Assembly: GCA_964465065.1 (NCBI GenBank)
Contig: CAYXHZ010000002.1
Location: forward strand, 41,588 to 105,587
Length of the DNA stretch: 64,000 nt
Direction of reading: 5' to 3'
Origin: an uncultured Clostridia bacterium
GTDB lineage: Bacteria; Acidobacteriota; Aminicenantia; UBA2199
Shown: positions 27,674 through 36,927 of the stretch, in pieces
Layout of the letters: every line of letters begins with the position of its first letter
How positions within the stretch are numbered: the stretch's first letter is position 1
Notes under the pieces: model-generated
Seen by the model: only the letters and a program-made list of their open reading frames with translations
What the model was told of the DNA's origin: nothing
Databases searched by the model: none
Program-made: the position numbers and the translations under genes

Positions 27674-29019
27674 TTCTTGCCCTTCCTCTGCCCGGCCGTC
27701 GCCCGAAACAATGCCGGGTTGATCTGGTTCATGCGGATACCGGCCTTGGTGTGATCCATATTGAGTTCCAGAGCCTTCTGAAACTGTTTCTCCGCGCGCA
27801 GGTGAAAACCTTCCAGCTGATACAACTCGCCCATATAGTAATACGGATCGGCATTCCAGGGCTCCATCTCGGCCTGTTTGAGAAAACTGTTCTCGGCATC
27901 GCGCCGCAGCTTGGGAAACTGCATCTGGATTCTGCCCAGCAGCTGGTAATACTTGGGTCTGGCCGGCCCTCGCCGTAACGCGGTTTCGATCAGAGACAGA
28001 GCCTTGAAAAAGTTTCGCCGGGAAAATTCCTGTTCGGCGAGTTCAAAACAGCTTTCGGGATCTTCCGGTGCCTTGTCATCGGCAGCAGCTGCCGGTTTCG
28101 ACGTCTCCTGCACGACGACGATTTCCCGATCGGGGGCAACGGACTCCGGCTGTGCGGGCTCTTGGTCGACACTTCCGGATTCCATTTCCATCTCCAGCGG
28201 CGGTGCTTCGGGTCCGCCGCGGAGAGCGGCACCTGCAGCGGCCGCCCGGATCTGTCGATCAACCTGCTCCATCTGGATGACGAGCGTGTCCTCCAGATCG
28301 AACTCGACCTCGGTTTCGCTCTGATCGACGAATTCGATGCGCTCGAGCAGAAAAAAGAGCAGAATGGCCCGCCAGTACAGATCTTCATTCATGTTCATGC
28401 GGACCGGCATATCCGCGTTGGCAGTCGGATACATACGCCCCACCTTGGTGATGAACTTGCGCTGCACCGAGGTCAGCACGACGTAAGTCGATGTCAATTC
28501 CTGGCACGGTTTGGGGTACATGGCGGCAAAGGTCCGCTTATAATAGCCGAAATCTTTGATCGCCCGGACACCTTCCATCATCAGGGCCGCGACTTCCAGT
28601 CCCGGAGTGCTTGGATCCTTGAGAACGGTCTGCGCCGCCTCGAATTCCCATTCCCCGGCGCTGCGAGGAAACAGATCGGCCACGATACGCACCATCTGCG
28701 CCAGCAGGGCCTGATGAAGGATGGGCGTACTGATGAGTCCCAGGTCGGCCAGCACCGATCCGATCGGCTCGTTGCATCTCACCCGCAGGATCGGATCGAA
28801 AAGGCTCAGGTCCGTCGGCGAAATCGAACCGGTGGCCACCAGGATCGCGCCCAGGCGCAGATCCGGATCATCGGTGCTGGCAAAGCGTAAGACCCCTTTT
28901 TCAAAAATAAGCTGCCGGCTACCCCCTTCCACAGTAACCGTCAAGCAGCCGGTCAGTTTGTCTTTGCCAATTTTTTTCAGCACCAGTGGAATCGTGCATT
29001 CACTCAATGCATTTGGCAT
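27670..29019 (-). CDS. DUF4388 (PATAN-like) N-terminal domain protein with C-terminal TPR repeats
   Basis: LTGCLTVTVEGGSRQLIFEKGVLRFAS pattern at the N-terminus; C-terminal TPR-like helices (YYQLLGRIQMQF...YYYMGELYQLEG); its stop overlaps the hydrolase start (ATGA). Confidence 0.55.
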   Translation of the reverse strand: MPNALSECTIPLVLKKIGKDKLTGCLTVTVEGGSRQLIFEKGVLRFASTDDPDLRLGAILVATGSISPTDLSLFDPILRVRCNEPIGSVLADLGLISTPILHQALLAQMVRIVADLFPRSAGEWEFEAAQTVLKDPSTPGLEVAALMMEGVRAIKDFGYYKRTFAAMYPKPCQELTSTYVVLTSVQRKFITKVGRMYPTANADMPVRMNMNEDLYWRAILLFFLLERIEFVDQSETEVEFDLEDTLVIQMEQVDRQIRAAAAGAALRGGPEAPPLEMEMESGSVDQEPAQPESVAPDREIVVVQETSKPAAAADDKAPEDPESCFELAEQEFSRRNFFKALSLIETALRRGPARPKYYQLLGRIQMQFPKLRRDAENSFLKQAEMEPWNADPYYYMGELYQLEGFHLRAEKQFQKALELNMDHTKAGIRMNQINPALFRATAGQRKGKK

Positions 29020-29130
29020 GGTCCCAAATTACCCTAAACCAGCCAGGAAATCAAGCTTGAAGTGCTGGATCAATTGCTCTATAATTCCAGAAATCGTTCT
29101 TTCTTCAAATCAACAACGAGGAATTTAGAA

Positions 29131-30660
29131 ATGAAGCATAAGATCAGCGAAAACCAGTGGGCTGTTCTGGTCGAAATCCGCCAGGCTTCTCAAGAGATCA
29201 GCGTTCAGACGATCCAGGACAGGACCGGTGTCGACCAGGCCCAGATCGCTTCGACTCTGCGTTTCGCCCAGGAGCAGGGCTGGCTCGAAGTCAGCGAACA
29301 GGAGCGGCTGGAGCTGATCGCCGCCGAAGGACTCGGCCAAACGATCCAGGCGGGTTTACCCGAGCGTCAGGCCATCGGCCTGATGCGGGAAGCAGCCGAA
29401 ATCAGTATGGCCGATCTGGCCAAAGCGGCCGCCGAGCGAGGCTTTCCGGTCAACGAAGTCGTCAAATGGGGCGGGCTGAAACAATGGATCAGCAAAGAAG
29501 GCGCCAGCTTGAAACTGACACCGACCGGCCGGGCGCAACTCGATCGCCCGGGCGCCGATGAGCAGCTGCTCAAGACTCTGAGTGTCGAGCAGACCCTCTT
29601 TGCCGACGAACTGCCGCAGCACGGTCTGGATTTCGAAACGGTGCGGCCGTTACTGGAAAAACGGAACAACCTGATCAAAATAAAGCCCAGAATCGTGCGT
29701 CTGGCCCGGATCACCCCGGCCGGTCTGCAGGCCATGAACGAGGAAATCGAGATCATCCGCGAACGGACGACATTGAGCAGCGAAGAGATCAGCAGCGGCG
29801 AATGGCGTAAGCTGACCCTGAGACAGTACGATGTCACCCTGCCGGCGGAACGGATCTATCCGGCCAAGATCCACCTGATGCAGAAGATCATCGCCGAAAC
29901 ACGCCAGGCGTTTCTGGAAATGGGCTTCACCGAGGTGGTTTCACCGATGGTGGAATCGGCCTTCTGGGATTTCGACGCCCTGTTTCAGCCCCAGGACCAC
30001 CCGGCCCGGGACATGCAGGACACCTTTTACCTCGAGCGGCCGGATAAAGCCCGACTTCCCGCCCGGGAGATCATCGAACGCGTCAAGGCCACCCACGAAA
30101 ACGGCGGCGACACCGGCTCCAGCGGCTGGGGCTACCAGTGGAGCGAGGAAAAGGCCCGTCAACTGGTTCTGCGCACCCACTGCACCGCCTCCTCCATCCG
30201 CGCCCTGGCGGCCGATCCCAACCCGCCACGCAAGGTTTTCTGCGTGGGCAAGGTCTTCCGCAACGAATCCATCAGCTACAAACATCTGCCCGAATTTTTC
30301 CAGGTCGACGGCATGATCATCGACGAAGGCGCCAACCTGAGCACCCTGCTGGGCACCCTGCAGAAGTTCTATCAGAAAATGGGTTTCTCGCAGGTCCGCT
30401 TCAAGCCGTCTTTTTTCCCTTACACCGAACCCAGCGCCGATATCAACGCCTACATGGAATCCCGGGACAAGTGGATGGAAATGGGCGGCGCCGGCGTCTT
30501 CAGACCCGAAGTGACCCGGCCGTTCGGCTGTAAATGCCCCGTTCTGGCCTGGGGCCTGGGCCTGGACCGTCTGGCCATGCTCCGCTACGGTCTGAGCGAC
30601 ATTCGCGAGCTCTACTGGAGCGACCTGGAAAAAATCACGGAGGTTCCCCTATGCCGATAG
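29131..30660 (+). CDS. pheS: Phenylalanine--tRNA ligase alpha subunit, archaeal/eukaryal type (long form)
   Basis: ORF 29062..30660; ATG at 29131 with GAGGAA RBS. 509 aa with N-terminal winged-helix-like extension; class II aaRS motifs (FRNESISYKHLPEFFQVDG; GAGVFRPEV...LAWGLGLDRLAM). Confidence 0.85.
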   Translation: MKHKISENQWAVLVEIRQASQEISVQTIQDRTGVDQAQIASTLRFAQEQGWLEVSEQERLELIAAEGLGQTIQAGLPERQAIGLMREAAEISMADLAKAAAERGFPVNEVVKWGGLKQWISKEGASLKLTPTGRAQLDRPGADEQLLKTLSVEQTLFADELPQHGLDFETVRPLLEKRNNLIKIKPRIVRLARITPAGLQAMNEEIEIIRERTTLSSEEISSGEWRKLTLRQYDVTLPAERIYPAKIHLMQKIIAETRQAFLEMGFTEVVSPMVESAFWDFDALFQPQDHPARDMQDTFYLERPDKARLPAREIIERVKATHENGGDTGSSGWGYQWSEEKARQLVLRTHCTASSIRALAADPNPPRKVFCVGKVFRNESISYKHLPEFFQVDGMIIDEGANLSTLLGTLQKFYQKMGFSQVRFKPSFFPYTEPSADINAYMESRDKWMEMGGAGVFRPEVTRPFGCKCPVLAWGLGLDRLAMLRYGLSDIRELYWSDLEKITEVPLCR

Positions 30661-32441
30661 TCGCCATCGCCGTTGATCGATTGAATCAGCTGATCGGCCG
30701 CAGCTACCCGAAAGAAGAACTGGTCAAAGAACTGGAACAGCTGGGATGCGACGTCGAAGACACCGCTGAACTGACCCTGTACGAATGCCCCGTCTGCAGA
30801 ACTCCCAACGAGAAACTGGAACGGGAAGAGGCCCCCAGACGCTGCGATTTCTGCGGTCATGAACAGGAAACCGTTTTCGCCCGGCTGCGCACCGACACGG
30901 TCATCCGCATGGACCTGCTCGCCGATCGCCCGGACCTCTTCGACGCCGGCGGCATGGCCCGGGCCCTCAAGGGTCATCTGGGGATCGAATCCGGTCTGGC
31001 CGAGTTTGCCACCGTCGCCGGTGATTGGCGGGTCGATATCGATCCGTCGGTCAAACAGCCCGAATCCCTGCGACCCTGTATCGTCTGCGCCGTGGTCACA
31101 CTGCCGGCTCTGGATCAGACCACTCTCAAGGAAGTGATGAAACTTCAGGAGAACCTGCACTGGGGCATCGGCCGCGATCGCAAGCTGGCCTCCATCGGCG
31201 TGTACGACCTGGACAGCATCAGCTTTCCCGTTCGCTACACCACCGTCGATCCGGACAATTTCTCCTTTGTTCCGCTGGGTATGCCCGATAAAACCATGAC
31301 TCCCCGGCAGATCCTCGAATCCCATCCCAAAGGGGTCGCCTACGCCCACCTGCTCGCTTCACTGCGCCGCTACCCGCTGCTCGTCGACGCCAAAGATCAG
31401 GTGCTGTCGATGCCGCCCATCATCAACAGCGACCAGACCAAATGCAGATTGGGCACCAGCCGTCTGTTCATCGATGTCACCGGCCTGACCGTCACCGCCG
31501 TCACCCACAGTCTGAACACCCTGCTTGCGGCCTTGACGGCATTGGGCGGCCGGATCGAACAGGTCAATCTCATGGACGGCCCTCAGAAACGGATCACTCC
31601 GGATATGGCCCCAAAGACCATCGACATCAGCCTCGACCAGGCACGGCAATGGCTGGGTCTGCCATTTGACCGCCAGGAATTCTTAGCCACCCTGAACAAG
31701 ATGCGCTTCGATGTCCTGGCCCTGGACGACGACCGCTACCGGGTCAGCTACCCGACCTACCGCATGGACATCCGCCACGAGGTGGATGTGTTCGAAGACC
31801 TGGCCATCGGTTACGGCTACGAGCGGATCCAGCCCAGACTGATCCCCAGCATGACCGTCGCTCAGGAACGTCCCGAAGAGCTGATCAGCAACCGGGCGCG
31901 CATGGCCCTGACCGGCCTGGGCTTCAGCGAGGTCATGACCCTCAACCTGCAATCGGTCGAGCGGCATTTCGACAAGCTGCTCATCCCGGTACACGACAGG
32001 CATGTCGTGGTGTCCAACCCCAAAACCATCGAACAGAAAGTGATCCGCACACACCTGCTTACCGGCCTGATCGAGACCCTGTGCAAAAACAGGCGTCGGC
32101 CCATGCCCATCCGTATTTTCGAGATCGGCAATGTGGTCAGCCTGGACGAAACCAGCGAAACCGGTGTCGACGAGTCCCGGCACGTCGCCGCCATGCTGAT
32201 CGGTCCGGGTATCGGCTACGCCGAGGCCAGAGCCACCCTGGACGCCCTGCTGTGCGAATTGGGTTTTTCCGGTCGCTACCAACCGGCCCTTCACCCGTCG
32301 TTCGTAAATGGACGTCTGGCTGAAATACGCTCCGAAAGTTGCTGGGCCCACGCCGGAGAAATTCACCCCCAGGTGCTCAACAACTTCGGACTCACCTATC
32401 CGGCGGCCTACCTGGAACTGCGGCTCTTGCGGATCATCTGA
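30651..32441 (+). CDS. pheT: Phenylalanine--tRNA ligase beta subunit, archaeal/eukaryal type (~597 aa)
   Basis: ATG at 30651 overlaps the pheS end by 10 nt; MPIVAIAVDRLNQLIGRSY start and ~600-aa length fit the archaeal-type beta subunit rather than the ~800-aa bacterial form; contains a CxxC...CxxC insert (CPVCRTPNEK...CDFCGHE). Confidence 0.8.
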   Translation: MPIVAIAVDRLNQLIGRSYPKEELVKELEQLGCDVEDTAELTLYECPVCRTPNEKLEREEAPRRCDFCGHEQETVFARLRTDTVIRMDLLADRPDLFDAGGMARALKGHLGIESGLAEFATVAGDWRVDIDPSVKQPESLRPCIVCAVVTLPALDQTTLKEVMKLQENLHWGIGRDRKLASIGVYDLDSISFPVRYTTVDPDNFSFVPLGMPDKTMTPRQILESHPKGVAYAHLLASLRRYPLLVDAKDQVLSMPPIINSDQTKCRLGTSRLFIDVTGLTVTAVTHSLNTLLAALTALGGRIEQVNLMDGPQKRITPDMAPKTIDISLDQARQWLGLPFDRQEFLATLNKMRFDVLALDDDRYRVSYPTYRMDIRHEVDVFEDLAIGYGYERIQPRLIPSMTVAQERPEELISNRARMALTGLGFSEVMTLNLQSVERHFDKLLIPVHDRHVVVSNPKTIEQKVIRTHLLTGLIETLCKNRRRPMPIRIFEIGNVVSLDETSETGVDESRHVAAMLIGPGIGYAEARATLDALLCELGFSGRYQPALHPSFVNGRLAEIRSESCWAHAGEIHPQVLNNFGLTYPAAYLELRLLRII

Positions 32442-32534
32442 AAGAAAAAGCACCAAGCAGTCCGTTGCGACCGTCCTTGGGCATGAGCTGGCTGCCGGCT
32501 TGTCCACGATGGCTTTTGCCGGTATAATGGCCGC

Positions 32535-33296
32535 ATGAACAATAATCCTTTTAAAGCCTACAACAACAGCGAATTCCTGAATTCCTCCGCCGCCCGCCCG
32601 TTGCGGATCCTGGCCGAATACCTGGAGCCGGCGGACCGTTTCGTTCGTGAAGACATCGAACACACCGTAGTCTTCTTCGGATCGGCCCGAGTCAGAATGG
32701 ATGGACCGGACCCGTTCGACACCCGGCGTTACTATCAAGTCGCCGAGGAATGCGCCTACCAGATCAGCCAATGGGCAGGTCAAACTCCGGAAATCGACGG
32801 CAAACTGGCAATCTGCACCGGCGGCGGACCGGGCATCATGGAAGCGGCCAACCGGGGCGCCGCCCGGGCCAACGGCAAAAACATCGGTCTGGGCATTTCC
32901 CTGCCTTTCGAACAGCACAACAACGAATTCATCTCGCCCAACCTGGCCTTCGAATTCCACTATTTTTTCATGCGCAAACTGTGGTTCCTCTACCATTGCA
33001 AGGCCCTGATCGTCTTCCCGGGCGGATTCGGCACCATGGACGAGCTGTTCGAAGCCCTGACCCTGGTGCAGACCCGCAAGCTCCCCAAACGCATAACGAT
33101 CCTGCTGCACGACCGCGCATTCTGGCACGAGCTGTTCAACTTCGACACCCTGGTCAAACGCGGTCTGATCTCGCCGGACGACGTCAAACTGATCACTTTT
33201 TTCGATACCGCCCAGGAATGCCTGCAGATTCTTTCCCCGCTGCTCTATCAAACCATCAGCACCGCGAGCCCGGACGGCAAGCCTGCGCAGCGCTGA
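32535..33296 (+). CDS. LOG-family (TIGR00730) Rossmann-fold nucleotide-binding protein
   Basis: VVFFGSARV...ICTGGGPGIMEAANRGA...PGGFGTMDELFEALTLVQT are LOG/YgdH signature motifs. Confidence 0.8.
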   Translation: MNNNPFKAYNNSEFLNSSAARPLRILAEYLEPADRFVREDIEHTVVFFGSARVRMDGPDPFDTRRYYQVAEECAYQISQWAGQTPEIDGKLAICTGGGPGIMEAANRGAARANGKNIGLGISLPFEQHNNEFISPNLAFEFHYFFMRKLWFLYHCKALIVFPGGFGTMDELFEALTLVQTRKLPKRITILLHDRAFWHELFNFDTLVKRGLISPDDVKLITFFDTAQECLQILSPLLYQTISTASPDGKPAQR

Positions 33297-33323
33297 TCGC
33301 AGTCCATACCCAGGAGGCCCGAT

Positions 33324-33896
33324 ATGAATTTGGACATCTTCGGCTTGCAAAAGGATGAGCGGATCGACAGCGACTGGCACCTGCTGGTCGAAACCCTGGA
33401 AAACGCGGGCTGGCAACGGGAATCCTTCACCACCCTGTACGAGACGGGCAATTTGTTCATCCCCGACGCTCCGGAAGCCGAGATGAGCTGCGAAAATCAG
33501 TGCTTCATGTTCAATGTCACGACCTTTCTGTCCGAAAGGAAGCTGTACCTGAGCCTGGCGCCCAATCCCGACTCCGGTCTGGACGGGCAATTGACCGTCA
33601 TCACCCGCTACAATTCGGACCTGGCCCTGTGGCTGGAGCAGATCGCCGCTCTGCCGCAGCAGATCTGCCGATATGATTTCCAGGAACCTTTCAGCCGTTT
33701 CCTGCGGCTGTTTCCGGACAGCTTTCTGGAAATGCCGGTCGACGACGACCGGGTATCCGTTCCCATCGCCGACCCCATCGCCCGGAAAGTGTTGGCCACC
33801 CCCTGGTGCAACAAAGGCCCCTGCCACGAACTCGCCCTCGAGCCGTCCGATCTGGAACGCCTGCACAAGATGGCCAAGCTGTCCCCCCCCTGGTAA
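33324..33896 (+). CDS. Hypothetical protein
   Basis: 190 aa; RBS AGGAGG upstream; no recognisable domain. Confidence 0.5.
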   Translation: MNLDIFGLQKDERIDSDWHLLVETLENAGWQRESFTTLYETGNLFIPDAPEAEMSCENQCFMFNVTTFLSERKLYLSLAPNPDSGLDGQLTVITRYNSDLALWLEQIAALPQQICRYDFQEPFSRFLRLFPDSFLEMPVDDDRVSVPIADPIARKVLATPWCNKGPCHELALEPSDLERLHKMAKLSPPW

Positions 33897-33947
33897 AAAA
33901 AAGGGCCCCGCCGCAGCAGAGCCCCGTCAACAAAACGCGGACAGCGC

Positions 33948-34478
33948 TTACTTGAGCTTGAAGGAAACGCCGACCACCGCGCCGACGCCGTCGAAATCGC
34001 CGGTCGCCGAGAAATAGAGTTTCAGCATGACGGCGGTCTTCTCGTTGAAATAATACCGGGCTGCGGCGAAGGGAGACAGATACAGTCCCGAGCCGCCGAC
34101 GCCGTCGAACTCGCCCTGGTCAGCGTCTTTCCATTTCCAGGAATAGATGGAATAGCCCAGGCCGAGGCCGGCGTAAATGTCGAACTTGCTCAGATCCAGA
34201 CCGGTGAAATGGTAGGCGCCTTCGATCGACGGCGTGATCAGGGTGCAGGAATAACCCCAGACGCCCCAGTCCTCGCTCCAGAACTGCAGCATCAGGTTGC
34301 CCGATACGCCGATGTTCTCGGTGACTCCGTATTCGAAACCCACACCGAAGGGGATAGCGTACGACGTGATACCGACCATCGGCGTGACGATCTGGCTGCC
34401 TTTCTGGAAATTAACCTCAGCGGCGGCCACGGACAGGCTCAAAGACAATAATAAAGCGATAACAAGATTTTTTTTCAT
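33948..34478 (-). CDS. Small outer-membrane beta-barrel protein (OmpW/OmpA-barrel-like)
   Basis: Signal peptide MKKNLVIALLLSLSLSVAAA; alternating aromatic/Gly beta-strand pattern; RBS GAGGAGGAG upstream of ATG 34478. Confidence 0.65.
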   Translation of the reverse strand: MKKNLVIALLLSLSLSVAAAEVNFQKGSQIVTPMVGITSYAIPFGVGFEYGVTENIGVSGNLMLQFWSEDWGVWGYSCTLITPSIEGAYHFTGLDLSKFDIYAGLGLGYSIYSWKWKDADQGEFDGVGGSGLYLSPFAAARYYFNEKTAVMLKLYFSATGDFDGVGAVVGVSFKLK

Positions 34479-34521
34479 ATGTGTTTCTCCTCCTCACATT
34501 TAATCTCTTGCCGATTACAGA

Positions 34522-34537
34522 GCAAATAGCTTGCCAA
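34522..34537 (-). promoter_or_regulatory. Candidate sigma54 (-24/-12) promoter, TTGGCAAGCTATTTGCT, upstream of the outer-membrane barrel gene
   Basis: Reverse-complement of 34521-34538 gives TGGCA-N7-TTGC with exact GG-to-GC spacing of the consensus TGGCACG-N4-TTGCW; the -12 element lies about 44 nt upstream of the ATG at 34478. Confidence 0.5.
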
Positions 34538-34814
34538 GTTTCTGAATTCGCAAAAAACGGTTCCCTTTCCGCATTTCTGGCTAAGTTGTCTGCCAATAAT
34601 ATTACTGCCGGTTTATCCAAAAACAACTCGAAATCGCAAAATGTTTTATATATTGCCTATAAATCATGGTTTTTTCTTATATAACCCACCGTATAGCGAG
34701 ATAACCTACCAGTTATCGAACTTGCCCCGGATCTATACAAGAAAGAAACAATGCGCTACAATACTACCAACAAAATGGCGTCCGAGCCACCGGCCGCCTA
34801 TTTTTTAACCTGAG

Positions 34815-36290
34815 ATGATAGAACTGATCAAGAACAAAATCTGGACCGTACTCAGCGACAAGGATGTTTCGCTGGTCATGATATACAACCGCCAGGGCGA
34901 AATCCTCTGGCATCAGGGCCGGCAGATCCAGGGCAAGACTCTCAGCCAGGGCGGCGGCTTCTCGTCGACCCTGATCCGCGAACTCCTGCAATCGCAGCAG
35001 ATCGTCGAAAAGAAAGATCAGTTCGTCCAGGCTCAGCAGACCGAGCTGCCCGGATCGGCGCGATTCCTGCGTATCAAAAGCATCCTGATCCTGCCCCTGC
35101 CGCACAACCTCTTCCTGTACGTCGACAGCGGCAGCAAGGAACAGTTCACCCCGCTCGACCGGGAGATTTTCCGAGTCCTGGGCGAGCTGCTGGGTGAATG
35201 CATCAACTCGATCGTCGGCGACAAACGCCCGCTGACAGAAATATCCGGTAACAGTCAGGCTACTGAACGGATCCGCGAACTCATCCTGAAGTACTCGCTC
35301 GAGGACGACCCGATTCTGCTGCTGGGTGAAACCGGCGTCGGCAAGAGCCATGTGGCCCAGGCGATCCATTTTCATTCGGGGCGCAAGGGCCGTTTTCTGA
35401 CCGTCAACACCCCGGCCATCCCCGAGACGCTTTTCGAAAGCGAAATCTTCGGCCATAAACGGGGCGCGTTCACCGATGCCCGCAGCGACCGGATCGGCGC
35501 CATCCAAACCGCCGAGGGCGGCACCCTGTTCTTCGACGAAATCGCGGAAATACCGCTTTCCTTCCAGGCCAAACTGCTGCATTTTCTGGAAACCAGGCGC
35601 TACTCGGTTCTGGGAGAATCCACGGAAAAGAACGCCGACATCCGCATCATCGCCGCCACCAACCGCGATCTGAACGAGGCCATCGGCCTGGGACAGTTCC
35701 GCCAGGACCTCTATTACCGGCTTTCCGTTCTGGAGATCACCATCCCGCCATTGCGGGAACGCAAGCAGGACATCCGCGACATCATCGAACAGCATCGGGA
35801 CGGCCTGCACGGAAAAACCTGCGCGGACAGTTTCTGGACGGCTATGGCGGCCCATTCCTGGCCGGGCAACATTCGTGAACTCAAATCGGCGCTCAAACGT
35901 CTGGCCCTGCTGGACACCGACACGCTGAGCCGGAACGAAGTCGAACAGGTCCTGATCAAGACCGGCAGCAAGCCGAGCGGCGAGGCCGGTCCCCTGCGCA
36001 TCGCCCAGGACAGGTTGCTGGCCGGTGCCAGCTTCTGGGAGACGGTCTGGCCCTTGTTCATCGATCGTCATATCAGCCGATCGGATTTGAAACAGTTTTT
36101 GAGCTGCCATTTTCACGACCACAGTTCCGGAATCAAAGATCTGGCCAGGCGTCTCAATGTTCCGGGGCAGGATTTCAAGAAATTCATCGCCGTCCTGCAC
36201 AAGTACGATATACATCCCCGGCATAAAGACAATGAAGTCGCCCGGATGGAACCGACAAGCAAAACCTCAACCGCAACGGAGGCCCCATGA
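34815..36290 (+). CDS. Sigma54-dependent transcriptional activator (bEBP) with N-terminal sensory domain
   Basis: AAA+ sigma54-interaction domain: Walker A GETGVGKS, GAFTDA (GAFTGA variant), Walker B LFFDEI, arginine finger region, C-terminal HTH. Confidence 0.85.
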   Translation: MIELIKNKIWTVLSDKDVSLVMIYNRQGEILWHQGRQIQGKTLSQGGGFSSTLIRELLQSQQIVEKKDQFVQAQQTELPGSARFLRIKSILILPLPHNLFLYVDSGSKEQFTPLDREIFRVLGELLGECINSIVGDKRPLTEISGNSQATERIRELILKYSLEDDPILLLGETGVGKSHVAQAIHFHSGRKGRFLTVNTPAIPETLFESEIFGHKRGAFTDARSDRIGAIQTAEGGTLFFDEIAEIPLSFQAKLLHFLETRRYSVLGESTEKNADIRIIAATNRDLNEAIGLGQFRQDLYYRLSVLEITIPPLRERKQDIRDIIEQHRDGLHGKTCADSFWTAMAAHSWPGNIRELKSALKRLALLDTDTLSRNEVEQVLIKTGSKPSGEAGPLRIAQDRLLAGASFWETVWPLFIDRHISRSDLKQFLSCHFHDHSSGIKDLARRLNVPGQDFKKFIAVLHKYDIHPRHKDNEVARMEPTSKTSTATEAP

Positions 36291-36826
36291 GCAAACAGAT
36301 CCAAGCCTTATGGCTGCTTCTTTTCGTCATCCCGCTGTGGACCCGGTCCGGCCTGGAGCCGGGCGAAGTCCGGCTCTTTCCCCTCGGACCGACAGAATCG
36401 TTGAGCATCCGGCTCGATCCGGCCTGGAAGAGCGATTATCAAAACAAGCCCCAGGGCGAAGCGGAACTGAACCTGGGCAATCCCGCCGATGTCCAGGAAA
36501 AATGCCGGATTTACGTCATCCCGCTGACCCGTTCACCAGACCATGACGCCCTGCTGGCCCTGTTGCGGGAAAACGGTGCCGCCCTACTTAAAAAAGCGGT
36601 CGAAACAGACTTTACCTTCCTGCAGCTTCCCGGCAGCCAGGGTCAATACTACATTCTGACCGACAAGGCCCCCAAACCGGGCGAACCAGTCCTGTTCTGC
36701 AGAGGCGCCCTTGCCGACGACCGGCGTCTGATCCTGTTCAGCATCCTTTTTTCCCGGCGCGACTCGGATTTTTTCCAGAAGCTGCTCACTGCCATCGCCT
36801 CCGCCCGCATCGAACGGCGCAGCTGA
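36287..36826 (+). CDS. Secreted hypothetical protein
   Basis: 179 aa; its start overlaps the bEBP stop (ATGA); signal peptide MSKQIQALWLLLFVIPLWT. Confidence 0.5.
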   Translation: MSKQIQALWLLLFVIPLWTRSGLEPGEVRLFPLGPTESLSIRLDPAWKSDYQNKPQGEAELNLGNPADVQEKCRIYVIPLTRSPDHDALLALLRENGAALLKKAVETDFTFLQLPGSQGQYYILTDKAPKPGEPVLFCRGALADDRRLILFSILFSRRDSDFFQKLLTAIASARIERRS

Positions 36827-36927
36827 ATCCTCAAGCGCTGGAATTTTTCCCTTTAGATCTTTTATTGCTATTGGCAGTTTGAACTGCTTATAATTGTCTT
36901 TCACCATTAACTGAAAAGGAAAATCAC

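Noticed and set aside
31683-33866. 727-aa minus-strand ORF spanning pheT and the LOG gene
   Set aside because: Antisense shadow ORF typical of high-GC DNA: low-complexity, Gly/Arg/Val/Asp-rich, and overlapping two well-supported plus-strand genes with clear family motifs.
33897-33947. Possible bidirectional terminator between the convergent hypothetical gene and the outer-membrane barrel gene
   Set aside because: The GC-rich segment GGGCCCCGCCGCAGCAGAGCCCC does not form a convincing stem-loop with a T/A-run.
34764-36224. 486-aa minus-strand ORF opposite the sigma54 activator
   Set aside because: Plus strand has complete AAA+ bEBP motifs (Walker A/B, GAFTGA-like); minus frame is a shadow.
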